A DNA stretch of 63,309 nt, filler included, from Stramenopiles sp. TOSAG23-3 (lineage: Eukaryota), in assembly GCA_900128585.1 (NCBI GenBank). It is 13 parts of 13 records of this genome, joined end to end, with 100 filler letters (N's around TTAATTAATTAA, not from the genome) between each part and the next. Parts side by side here need not be neighbours in the genome. Positions count along the whole stretch, not along the records: positions 36,125 to 42,032 come from LT643418.1; positions 42,133 to 48,032 come from LT643419.1; positions 48,133 to 54,018 come from LT643420.1; 10 more parts are not named here. The stretch is one strand, 5' to 3'. Both the position numbers and the translations under genes were made by a program. Shown here in pieces: positions 41,942 to 51,956 of this stretch; position 1 is the first letter of the stretch, and each line of letters starts with the position of its first letter. A model generated the notes under the pieces. The model ran no database searches, was not told where the DNA came from, and worked only from the letters and a program-made list of their open reading frames with translations.

Positions 41942-42726
41942 AGTGTGTAAGAACAATTCTTCGAGACTCAATCAAACATGTGTCGTAAATGAAAAATACC
42001 TTATTATATATTGTAAATTATTAAGGTTGAAANNNNNNNNNNNNNNNNNNNNNNNNNNNNNNNNNNNNNNNNNNNNTTAATTAATTAANNNNNNNNNNNN
42101 NNNNNNNNNNNNNNNNNNNNNNNNNNNNNNNNTTCTCGTGTTCTCGTTCTCGTTCTCTCATTTAGATGATGATGATATCTTTTTGTTGTTGTTATATTCT
42201 TTTATAAATATATTATAGTTGCATACATTTATTATAATACACTTTTTTTTTTGTATTATTACCTTGGTAGTATTTTATGAAAAAAATAAATGCCTCTAAC
42301 CTAACTAACTACTAGGTGGTGGTCCGATACTACACTGAACAAGAAGTCGCACAACAAGCAAGGAGGACGCAAGGAGTATTTATTTCATATGATGAATAAT
42401 AATAAAATGCCTATTTAAAGTTAATATTGTTAGTAACAATATATTGTAGTCGTCTAGTTACTTCAAATAGAGTCGTTGTTTTTCCTTTTTTTTTTTCTAT
42501 AATACGAGTACCGTAGTGGTGTTGGTGTGTGTATGTATAATTAGCCTCCTAATATAATATTAATAGTAGTAAGAAGAAGTTAAATATTATTCATCATGGC
42601 GCATTCTTCTTCATGTTCAAAAATTAAAATCTTGTTCACACGACACGTGTACGTGTTGCCCTTGCAGCAAAGAGTTGAAAATGTTGATCTTACATAATCA
42701 AATGCACTAAGTGAAATATAAATTAT

Positions 42727-43764
42727 ATGGCTGATGCTGATAGAAAACTTAGTACAATGAACAGTTACCGGGGGCGTCGAGATAGCCGCATGCCATTCGT
42801 GAAGCCAGGGTACATTCCTGGGGAACCAAGTGCTTCGGCCTCTCGGCGGAAAGCTAGAGAATTAGTATTAGGAAACGGTAAAAAGGTGGTGGTCGATATC
42901 ATCTGCAGACGATGTGGTCATGAGCAGCCCAGCAATTGCTTTCGGTTGAGATGCCAGTACTGTGATAGCGTATTAAAACAAATAAAACGCACAAAGTCGT
43001 TGAAGTTGGAGCAGCCACCGTCAACTACTCCAAGCAGGAAAAGTGAACCGACCCTCATAGAGGACAAAATTGTCAATGGGGTTGGGGTTGCAGATGATAG
43101 GTCAAGCAAGTCAAGAAAATATAGCGCAGTCCCCATGTCGCATGTGAAATTGTCGATGCTTGGCAACAAAAGCAGATCTAAACATTCCAAGAGAGCGTTC
43201 ACAAAGCGACTGAAGACACGAGAGTTGACGCTCGGAGACATGTCAAAAATTGTAATTGATATTGTTTGCGGCACGTGCGGTCACGAACAACCATTCAATT
43301 ATTGCCGGCTTCGGTGCCAAAAATGTGACGATGTGCTTCGGCAGATTGCGTCCGGGGACGTTTCGGAACAGCTGAGATCGGTTGGGGGGGCAAGGGTGAA
43401 GAATGCGCAAGGCCGACAACTAAATCTGACGAACTCCAGTGCTAGAACGAAAGCAAAAAATAACTATGACGCAAATAACAATAAATATGACGATACCAAC
43501 CCGCTAATTCAAGTCCGGGTCCAAATTCCTCGATACGTGGATGCGCTGTCGCCTAGGAAAGCAACAAAGCGAAGTAAAGCGCGCGGTCCAATATATTTGG
43601 GTAATTTACGCGCCGAGGCAGGCCAACAACGGGGCGACTGGTTGATATGTACGTCCATGAAGTCCGGGCACACATATTATTTTAATGTCGCAACGTGTGT
43701 CGCCACGTACATTCGCCCCGCGGATTTGGAGAAGGAAGATGTTGATATTGAAAAACAAAATTAA
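42727..43764 (+). CDS. Protein with two C4 zinc-ribbon repeats and a C-terminal WW-like domain
   Basis: Two copies of DIxCxxCGHEQPxNxxRLRCQxCDxVL, and GDWLICTSMKSGHTYYFNVATCVATYIRP. Confidence 0.75.
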   Translation: MADADRKLSTMNSYRGRRDSRMPFVKPGYIPGEPSASASRRKARELVLGNGKKVVVDIICRRCGHEQPSNCFRLRCQYCDSVLKQIKRTKSLKLEQPPSTTPSRKSEPTLIEDKIVNGVGVADDRSSKSRKYSAVPMSHVKLSMLGNKSRSKHSKRAFTKRLKTRELTLGDMSKIVIDIVCGTCGHEQPFNYCRLRCQKCDDVLRQIASGDVSEQLRSVGGARVKNAQGRQLNLTNSSARTKAKNNYDANNNKYDDTNPLIQVRVQIPRYVDALSPRKATKRSKARGPIYLGNLRAEAGQQRGDWLICTSMKSGHTYYFNVATCVATYIRPADLEKEDVDIEKQN

Positions 43765-43868
43765 AAACAAGAAAATTGGCTGTTATTTAAGTAATTAAAA
43801 TTAATGTACTGCGAACTGAAATTTAGATTTAGACATTCTAGGTTTACATTCCCTCATGAACTGCGAAC
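43762..43868 (+). repeat. Truncated copy of dispersed repeat/MITE family
   Basis: Head plus AATGTACTGCGAACTGAA..ACATTCTAGGTTTACATT..CTGCGAAC, matching 27912-28020. Confidence 0.88.
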
Positions 43869-44032
43869 AAAATTAAAAAGTAATTTAAGAGAGCACCAAT
43901 GGCCTTCCGCCTTCAGTGATTGTCAATCATTTTTAGTAATAAAAAATCCGTAACATTTTAAAATGTGTTTCCACCACGTATGTTACTTAAATATTCTAGA
44001 AAATATGCATACTCTATATATAATTTGTTTTT

Positions 44033-47000
44033 TCACAAAATATGCTCTCTCAACCTCCGTACTAGTGCCGGTTGCACTGATGATTCAAACACTTGCCAAA
44101 CATTTACGCCAACGACTTGTGCACAGGCCTCCAGGGCACTTTTTATTTGCTGCGCCAAATCTAATTGGTGTACAATGTCTGAGGTCAACAACCGAGCCCG
44201 CTCTGTGGCCTCTCTGCTCATACCCTCCGAGTCTTGACGAGAAAGAGGGGACAGATAAAACTCTGAAGAAGATACATTTTCCATCGCATCGACAAAAATA
44301 TGGACCAGGTTGCTTGATTTAGACAGCAGCGACTTGTTCCCTTCAGCTAGGAATTGGCAGAGGCATAATGCAAAACGTTTTTGTCGCCACAGTCCATTTA
44401 TTCCACTTCCAGCCTTTTGGAAAAATCGTAAGAGCCCAAGCATAAACACCTTGTTCATATCCACAGTTGCATTCGGTGGGACTGGTTTGGTAAAAAAAAA
44501 GGAATAGATATCTGGGGTTTGCAAGCGGATACGGGCAAACAGTGATAAGTATTGTACCAGCACAATCTCGTTTGCGCGGCTCATGGCCTTCGTTTCATTC
44601 AATACCGGGATTAGCTCACTTACAACCACAGGCAACAATTGCTGAATGGTGTTCTTTAGGATTGAGCATCCTTCCCTCGGGCTATGCGAAATTGCAAGTT
44701 CGATGATTCGTAGTGCTGATGCGTGCGCTTTCGTCTGCAACTGAGTAAAAATGTACTGAAGCATGTCTGTTAAAACGCTACCAAAGGTGACGAGAAAAGT
44801 GCTGCCACCAACCAGTATGTAGGCCTCTGAAATCGAGGACAAAACCTTTATTCGCATAGGATCGTTTTTCAACAACGCCGGCATTGCTTGGAACAATTTA
44901 TGAATACTCTCTGTGTACACAGGCGTCTGACACATTACTGTTTTCCACAGCGATATACCATCGTCTGCCAGGTATACAAACTCTGGATGATGAATGTCTA
45001 TTGAATAGGAAATCAAGGGGTAAACGATATCGTAGCTGGACGGATCGGACGGCCCCATCGCCTCCACTACCAGAGCTAAAATCCCCAACACGCTGCTCCG
45101 GAGCAAATTCTGGTTAGCGCACGAGCGCCATATTACGAGCAGAGGACTTGTTAGCACATCAACATTGTCGCGTATCGTATCACTATCGCCCCGCTCAACT
45201 AAATCTTTTATGATAGTCAGAATTTGTGAACGGCTTTCAAACTCTTCCACTATGCTTAGTGCCGAATAAAGGCCCGACACAAAGCGACCAAAAATGCCTA
45301 TCTGGCGTGTAAAACTATCCATGGCAAACCCCCAGCGGTCAATCAAAACCTTTAATGCGCTGGCAATTGGCAGCACCAAAACAGCATTCCCATTCGAAGA
45401 AACAATGTCTCCTTCAAGAAGGTCTAGAAGGCACGCGTACAACGGTGCATAGATATCATCGGGCAGTTCACTCAATATGCACCCAATGAGCCACAGCACT
45501 CGGTGCTGGAGAATCTGAATGTACATGGTACGGGGATCGTTTGGACCAAAACCTTTGGTTTTCAATAGAGGCAAAAGACTCTCCGTGAACCACCTTCCAA
45601 AATCTAGGTGGCGCTCAAAGGCGTACGGGTGCAGCCCTACTGCAACGTAGACACCATCCAACAAGGGCGCGTGTATACGGACATTTTTCTGGTTGCTACT
45701 AAATGCATGGGACTGGTGAAAGTTTAAACGCTTTACAACCGTACTGCATACACATTCTGCAAATGCGTCAAGAAGCCCCAAATACAACGTTTGGCTTGCC
45801 GCGCGGAGGTTACTTCCCGACGTCATGATTGTCTCCTGGATTGCGTATTGCTCTGGGTCGCTTTCCCACTCACTTATCTCTCGGGAATTCAACGACATGA
45901 ATATCAGAATTCCGTGAAGCAGGGGAGATAAATACATTTCAAGAAACTTCTGCTTTGACTGTTCCACCATTGCTATATTCCTGTCAACAATATTGGAAAC
46001 CAGCTGAACCGCATATACCAAGGCCTTTTCTTGGTGCAAATAATGTATAGAGCTATCGTGTATGGATTTTTCAACCATGGTGCCCGCCTGCACCAACCTA
46101 TTGACAAAAAATTCAAGGTATTGGTCTATTGAAGGCAAAAATGCTACGTGGCTTGTCTCGTGCAGGACCATCACGATCCGAACAATGGTATTTTGGATCT
46201 TTTTGAACATCACTTCGACTCGCTCGAGGCGAATCCCGCCTTTGCTGTTCACGCCGTTGAGGGCACTTTCTATTTTGCAAAACACTTCAACGGCACCGTT
46301 AAGAAACAGCACGATCTCTTCTCTAAACTCGTTCTGGGCACTGTCGACTCCGCCGCTAGCTGTGCAATTGCAAGCAACTGTTTTATTCTTTGCCATTACG
46401 CAGTGAAAGATGCATTTTAAATTAACTTTTGTTATTTCCATGGCCAGAACCAACTGTGCTGGTGTCTGCGCAGAAATGCACGTCAAGCTATTGACGATGT
46501 TCAGAGCATTTCTTATATGGCAAAAGAAATCCCGAATTAGGCGAGGCAAAATAGTAGTCAAAAACGCTACGATACGACCAGAGTAACCGTTCACTTTTAA
46601 AGCACAGTTTAGAGCTTGGAGCGCATGTTTTTCTGCCAGCAACTGCTGGGGAGGGGAAACGTTTTCAACCGCAACGTACACGTTCGCTTTCCCTACGCGA
46701 GACCTATCCACAAGAGTCGGAAATATACTTTCAAGGTTCCCTGCAGACAAATCGTTCTTCACGATGCCTGCGACTACGTCAAACATTTGCATTAAAATGG
46801 GTTTATGGGGGCACGAAAATGAATTCAACAACGCCCCTCGCACGTAACTCTTCTCCTTGTCGCTCGCAACGCTAGCCTTATTCCAGTGCTTTCGTACAGT
46901 AGTCTTGAGGCAAATAGCCCCCAGGAGACGGACATTTACAGGCACCTCAGGGTTCATGGATATGCCCATCATCGTCTTGCAGAACCCTGGTTGTCCACCC

Positions 47001-47086
47001 ATATTGACCAAAATCGTTTCGGCCGGGTGTCTAACCACTGCATCAGCAGACAACGCGTTGAGTAGAATAGTGTATAAGTCGTCCAT
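44033..47086 (-). CDS. Importin-beta family karyopherin, importin-11/Kap120-like
   Basis: IBN_N (VRHPAETIL..VRLLGAICLKTTVRKHW), EWESDPEQY, RVLWLIG and YLADDGISLW. Confidence 0.8.
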   Translation of the reverse strand: MDDLYTILLNALSADAVVRHPAETILVNMGGQPGFCKTMMGISMNPEVPVNVRLLGAICLKTTVRKHWNKASVASDKEKSYVRGALLNSFSCPHKPILMQMFDVVAGIVKNDLSAGNLESIFPTLVDRSRVGKANVYVAVENVSPPQQLLAEKHALQALNCALKVNGYSGRIVAFLTTILPRLIRDFFCHIRNALNIVNSLTCISAQTPAQLVLAMEITKVNLKCIFHCVMAKNKTVACNCTASGGVDSAQNEFREEIVLFLNGAVEVFCKIESALNGVNSKGGIRLERVEVMFKKIQNTIVRIVMVLHETSHVAFLPSIDQYLEFFVNRLVQAGTMVEKSIHDSSIHYLHQEKALVYAVQLVSNIVDRNIAMVEQSKQKFLEMYLSPLLHGILIFMSLNSREISEWESDPEQYAIQETIMTSGSNLRAASQTLYLGLLDAFAECVCSTVVKRLNFHQSHAFSSNQKNVRIHAPLLDGVYVAVGLHPYAFERHLDFGRWFTESLLPLLKTKGFGPNDPRTMYIQILQHRVLWLIGCILSELPDDIYAPLYACLLDLLEGDIVSSNGNAVLVLPIASALKVLIDRWGFAMDSFTRQIGIFGRFVSGLYSALSIVEEFESRSQILTIIKDLVERGDSDTIRDNVDVLTSPLLVIWRSCANQNLLRSSVLGILALVVEAMGPSDPSSYDIVYPLISYSIDIHHPEFVYLADDGISLWKTVMCQTPVYTESIHKLFQAMPALLKNDPMRIKVLSSISEAYILVGGSTFLVTFGSVLTDMLQYIFTQLQTKAHASALRIIELAISHSPREGCSILKNTIQQLLPVVVSELIPVLNETKAMSRANEIVLVQYLSLFARIRLQTPDIYSFFFTKPVPPNATVDMNKVFMLGLLRFFQKAGSGINGLWRQKRFALCLCQFLAEGNKSLLSKSSNLVHIFVDAMENVSSSEFYLSPLSRQDSEGMSREATERARLLTSDIVHQLDLAQQIKSALEACAQVVGVNVWQVFESSVQPALVRRLREHIL

Positions 47087-47925
47087 ATTCTGCCATTTCA
47101 ACAAACTGGAGTTGCCATTTTCCTGTACGAGCACGAGCTCGACCGCGTCCAAATATGTACTTCCAAAAACTAATTAAAAAAAAAAAAACAGAGACAGCTA
47201 TGTATATAATATATACCCCGAAATTTATATCACTTCTAAAAACTGTGGGTATCGATCTACTGGTCAAATATTTAATCCAACTCGTTTCTTAATGATGTTG
47301 AAATTATTCCCTTGTTTGAGATTGATTGTGATTGTGGTAATAATAATAATAATATTATTATAAATAATAATAAAAATTATTTTTTTATTACATCAGTCAG
47401 TAAGTATTATTTTATTATATTTTATAATAATATATGATGGGTGGTGTATGATGTGGGTGGTACGGTAGTATAAAATATATTTATAGTAGTATTTTTTAGT
47501 AGAGGAGGAGGTAGGAAGAAGGAGGAGAGGAGAGTCGATGATATAGATTTAAAATGATGTGTATAATAATGATGTAATAATGAGAGATGATGATGGTGAT
47601 TATTTATTACAAGGCCTAATTCCTAATATAGGAGGAGGTCGATGTGTCGTCGGTCCGTTTACGACTATAATATATCAAATATCAAAACACAACTATATAA
47701 AATATATATACAATTACTATTCTACTAGTCCTACCTCTACCTAATATACCACACACAATTGAATACGCAAAGTAATATTATGTGAATATGAGAACAAATC
47801 ATAGCTTCGTATTATTTCCTTACGCGTGTGGTTTAACTTGTTAAAAAAACAAATTATATAATAATTTGGATTTGAATATTATACTATCACATGGTCGTCG
47901 CCCTGGAAATAGAGGTACCCCAAGT

Positions 47926-48032
47926 TTACCTTCTTCCAAACCGGCTGCCGCCGGAACCTGAATCGCGGTCACCTCCGAACCGACTTCCCCGGTCGCCTCC
48001 ACCGTAACCTGAATCACGGCCTCCTCCAAAAC
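47926..48032 (-). CDS. 3' end of a gene with a G/R/S-rich (RGG-like) tail
   Basis: FGGGRDSGYGGGDRGSRFGGDRDSGSGGSRFGRR followed by a stop. Confidence 0.6.
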
Positions 48033-48319
48033 NNNNNNNNNNNNNNNNNNNNNNNNNNNNNNNNNNNNNNNNNNNNTTAATTAATTAANNNNNNNNNNNN
48101 NNNNNNNNNNNNNNNNNNNNNNNNNNNNNNNNTTTTTTTTTCTTCTTCTTCTTACTTCTTCTTCTTCTTTCTCTTCTTTTATCTTCTTCTTCTTTCTTCT
48201 TCTTTTATCTTTTCTTTATTAACGGTCCATCGCCCAGTCCCGTCGGAACGATCTATTCGCGGTCTTTGGCGTGTTTGGCAGACGGTCGGGGCGCACGCAC
48301 TCTTTTTTATACACTTACC

Positions 48320-49081
48320 ATGCCACTCTCCAGCCGTACCCGTGGGTTTGTGGCAGGCCTCGTTTTTCTCTGTTTAGTAGCCGGCATCCCGTCGGGGGTA
48401 TCAAAGCGTCGGTCCGCCAAGGACTGGAATAAAATTGCAACCCACCGTTTAGGGGACGTCGACCAGCAGTGGAGAGACGGCGACGATGAAGCCGAGCTGA
48501 TAACGGAAGATCAGGAGGAGTACAACCGGATGGAGGCGAGAAAGAACGCCCCGGCGCAGGTGCCAACAAACTTTGAGTCCGTCGACCCGAACGAGTGGAT
48601 GAAGCACCAACAAGCCGTCGTGGGGCCCACAATGGTCTTTGCAAAGCTAAACCATACAATGAAAAACGGGAAAAAGCTGAAAAAAGCAGACACGGAAGAC
48701 TTTGCCTTTATGTGGAAAGAACTACTGTTTTTAGGCGGGGTCAATGTAACCTCGTACGCTATCGAGTTCGATACGGTTTTGATGACCCTCCAGCGAGGAT
48801 GGAATGGGTACGAGCTGAAGGACTACTTGCTGGCTAAGGAAGAGGTCATTCAGGTCGAATGGGATAATATAAAGTACATCCCCGACCGATTGAAGTCAAA
48901 AGAACAGTTGGCAAGCGAAAAGAAAATGAAAGAAATGAATCGAAAACGACAGCGGTCCCAAAGGAAGAGGGACAAAAAGACAAAGGGAAAGAAGAGGAAA
49001 GGGAAGAAAAAGAAGTCGAAGAAATCGAAAGGAAAGAAGAAGAGGAGGAAGGCCACGTCAAAGCCACGGGAAGAGCTGTAG
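48320..49081 (+). CDS. MESD: MESD-like ER chaperone
   Basis: Signal peptide, PTMVFAKL..MWKELL..YAIE..GYELKDYLL..VEWDN, Lys-rich tail, and C-terminal REEL retention signal. Confidence 0.75.
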   Translation: MPLSSRTRGFVAGLVFLCLVAGIPSGVSKRRSAKDWNKIATHRLGDVDQQWRDGDDEAELITEDQEEYNRMEARKNAPAQVPTNFESVDPNEWMKHQQAVVGPTMVFAKLNHTMKNGKKLKKADTEDFAFMWKELLFLGGVNVTSYAIEFDTVLMTLQRGWNGYELKDYLLAKEEVIQVEWDNIKYIPDRLKSKEQLASEKKMKEMNRKRQRSQRKRDKKTKGKKRKGKKKKSKKSKGKKKRRKATSKPREEL

Positions 49082-49314
49082 AGGAGTGGAATACAAACAC
49101 ACAAACGCCGCGTTCGTAAAAGCAAACGATATATATATGATAAATGGTCGCACGCCGGTAATCCAAGATATTTTTTTATCAATATACTTCGTAAACATTT
49201 AATGCTGAATAAATTATAAAGTTCGTACGATGTGCAAAGCGTCGCAAAAGCTTAATGCTGATGGCAAAGTAACTGTGCACCTATCATTTAATTTTGTGGG
49301 GGGGTATATGATGA

Positions 49315-49465
49315 TAAAAACAAAAAATCGGCTGTTATTTAAGTAATTAAAATTAATGTACTGCGAACTTATCTCTACTGTTGTGATTTTTAGTAAATCA
49401 ACATATATCCTCTTGTCCCTTTTAGTCTTGACTATCCTTTTCATGTGGTGTACTCCATGCATGAT
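49315..49465 (+). repeat. Internally deleted copy of dispersed repeat/MITE family
   Basis: Head plus ACTGCGAACTTATCT..CTTGTC..GGTGTACTCCATGCATGAT, matching 28013-28108. Confidence 0.85.
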
Positions 49466-49570
49466 AAAGCGCGCGTAACATTTTACTCTTGCAAATGTTT
49501 TACATTTTTTTGTCGTACGGTCACGCCAGTACCACACACAATCAACCTACAAAACTTTGATTTGTCACGT

Positions 49571-51451
49571 TCACTTGTGCAGCCCAAGCAAACGTTTGCT
49601 TCGGCGTTGTCCCAGCTGGGCGCTCCCCTCTTTTTGCGGCCCACCATTTTCACGCTTACCTTCTTTGCCAAACAAGGCCCCTCGTTTTGCAGGGACAGGG
49701 GCGCGTTTCCCTGTCTCCGCAGAAAACCATCCCTTGAAAGATTTAATGGGATCGACGAGCGCCATGCCAAAGCTTTGCACTCCACCCAACAGCGCTTTCA
49801 ACGGCGACGTCGTGCTAGTCGCACTTTCGGGCGCCGCGCTGGACCCAGGCGGCTCGCCACCCGCAGCCACCCCCCCGCTCGTTGTATCGCCGCCTACCCC
49901 GAGCTTTCGCTTCTTTATCACACGGCCGCTTTCCCTGGTACGACGGCCGTTCTCACTTCCCGGGGTGTGGGGTTCTACGACGCGCGACTTCTTTTTGCGC
50001 TTCATTTGCTTGGTTTTTGTCGGTGGGGAGGATTCCACCGCATGGTCGGAATCGGACCGCCCACTTTCTGGAGGGGTTCGGCATTCTTCGCATGCCGCCT
50101 CGTCGCCGCAGGCGGGCACCTTGGGCGGTGCAGCAGCAGCGCCCGCCTCTGCGGCTCCAGCGCTGGCCAGTGGCGTCGAGGTGACCGGTTTCTCCTCGTA
50201 CAGGAACTCCAGAAAATCGTCGACGTCCGCGAACGCCAGCCCGTCTTCTTGAAACTTCAGGTGCTGTGAACCTTTGCAGTGCTGCTCAAGGTCCGTGTAG
50301 CTGCAGGAGCAGCATTCGCACCAGTTTCCCGCGGCGAGGCGCTTCCTCCCCGTTCGGGCGGGGTGCGATTGGCCCGCAAGCCTTCTCTTTTTCTTTATGC
50401 ACATGTTATCCAGCCACCAGGGCAGGTTCAGTGGTTTGGCGCCCGCCACCAAACGCTTTGCGGCCATCCTGTCGCGACGAACGTACAGCTGCAGGTAACC
50501 GTCCAAATGGGCCGCGCGCTCCGTCCTGTGGGCACAGAACGGCGATACCGTAGCGATGGCCTGTTTGTTCAAAGAAGGCACGGATGACCTCCCCCTCTCC
50601 ATCGGCCGAAACGTTTGCGCCAAGACGGGATGCCCAGTCAGAAAATCCTGCACACAGAGCGCCGGGTGCTTGGCAGCAAATTTCGCGTTTCCTGCAGCGG
50701 ACGAAGGCTGTCCCCGGGGCGGACAAAGCCTCTCCCGGGCCTCCAGGTAAACAAGAACTTGCCGCTCGTCGATTTCAGGTATTCCGTTATCGACCAAAAA
50801 TTTGTGGTGCGCCTTTGCGACGGACGCACCGCCATTACCTTTCTGCTGGCTACCACTCGCCCCCGCGCCTTTTCGACGGATCTGCCGTTGCCTGGCCACT
50901 ACCCCTCCGCTCGCCCGGTTTCCAGCGTCATACATGTGCCTAGCCCCCCGGCCGCTCGATGACGGGGTCACCCCTGCTGCCTGCACCAAGCGGCGAGAGC
51001 GGCTGCTGGTCTTGGTAGCGCGCTTCATCCGCTTCCGGCTGTTCCCGGCTGCCCCGACGAATCTACTCCCATAGTCGCTAGAGACGCAAGAGCTTGGGGT
51101 CGACGGGACCGCCACGCTGCTGCTACTGCACGGGCCATAACTCGAGGCGCGCAACTGAAGAGCTTGGCTACTGCTGGCATGCTTGCTGCTCGGTCTGCCC
51201 ACGTAAAAATCAATGTCTTTGTTGATAAAAATGGCAACTTGGCACCCCACGCGTACGAGGCGCGAGGTCAGCTTTGTCGTTGCATTCACGTGGGAACGAG
51301 TCGACCCTTCCCCACCATTTTCGAAGAAAAACGTATATACGTCCCTTGGGTCCATCAATCGTTCCGTTTTACCATCGTGAACAGTATCCCCTGTGCCAAG
51401 TCCCCGTTTGCTGCTCGAACCAGAAGTGGACGCCGCGAGACGCATCGCCAT
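49571..51451 (-). CDS. DBF4: Dbf4-like Cdc7 kinase regulatory subunit
   Basis: Motif N/BRCT-like KLTSRLVRVGCQVAIFINKDIDFYV, motif M PALCVQD, and motif C zinc finger WCECCSCSYTDLEQHCKGSQH. Confidence 0.75.
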   Translation of the reverse strand: MAMRLAASTSGSSSKRGLGTGDTVHDGKTERLMDPRDVYTFFFENGGEGSTRSHVNATTKLTSRLVRVGCQVAIFINKDIDFYVGRPSSKHASSSQALQLRASSYGPCSSSSVAVPSTPSSCVSSDYGSRFVGAAGNSRKRMKRATKTSSRSRRLVQAAGVTPSSSGRGARHMYDAGNRASGGVVARQRQIRRKGAGASGSQQKGNGGASVAKAHHKFLVDNGIPEIDERQVLVYLEARERLCPPRGQPSSAAGNAKFAAKHPALCVQDFLTGHPVLAQTFRPMERGRSSVPSLNKQAIATVSPFCAHRTERAAHLDGYLQLYVRRDRMAAKRLVAGAKPLNLPWWLDNMCIKKKRRLAGQSHPARTGRKRLAAGNWCECCSCSYTDLEQHCKGSQHLKFQEDGLAFADVDDFLEFLYEEKPVTSTPLASAGAAEAGAAAAPPKVPACGDEAACEECRTPPESGRSDSDHAVESSPPTKTKQMKRKKKSRVVEPHTPGSENGRRTRESGRVIKKRKLGVGGDTTSGGVAAGGEPPGSSAAPESATSTTSPLKALLGGVQSFGMALVDPIKSFKGWFSAETGKRAPVPAKRGALFGKEGKRENGGPQKEGSAQLGQRRSKRLLGLHK

Positions 51452-51956
51452 ACCAACACTTCCCGGATCTGCTTGGCAGTTCGTGTACAACAATGCTCCA
51501 AAACTATGTCGCTCCTTCTCTGCTTTCTTTTCCCACCAGGTATTCTCTTATCAAGTCTCTTTCTGTTACTCAATTGCACGAAATAAACCTAAAGAAGATG
51601 CGCAAATCAGATTGGCTTGAATTTAATTCAAACCCTATTATTGTTTTGTATATACATAAACGTTTGTCTTTTTATCGTTTTTAAAAATAATATAATAATA
51701 AATAATATTAATATTATAATAAATAATAATTATTTTTTTTTCTTCTTTTGTTCAAAAAACATAATCTCTCAATCAAATTACAACAGATTAATAATATAGA
51801 CATAATATTAATAAAAAATAAACCAACAACAACATTGATTCTGATTTGATATTTTTTTTAAAGATCTCATCATCTTTCTTCTTCTTCTCCGAATTTTAAA
51901 AGTATGTATTGTATTCATAGGATAGGTATTATACTTATACTTAAAAAAACAAAACA

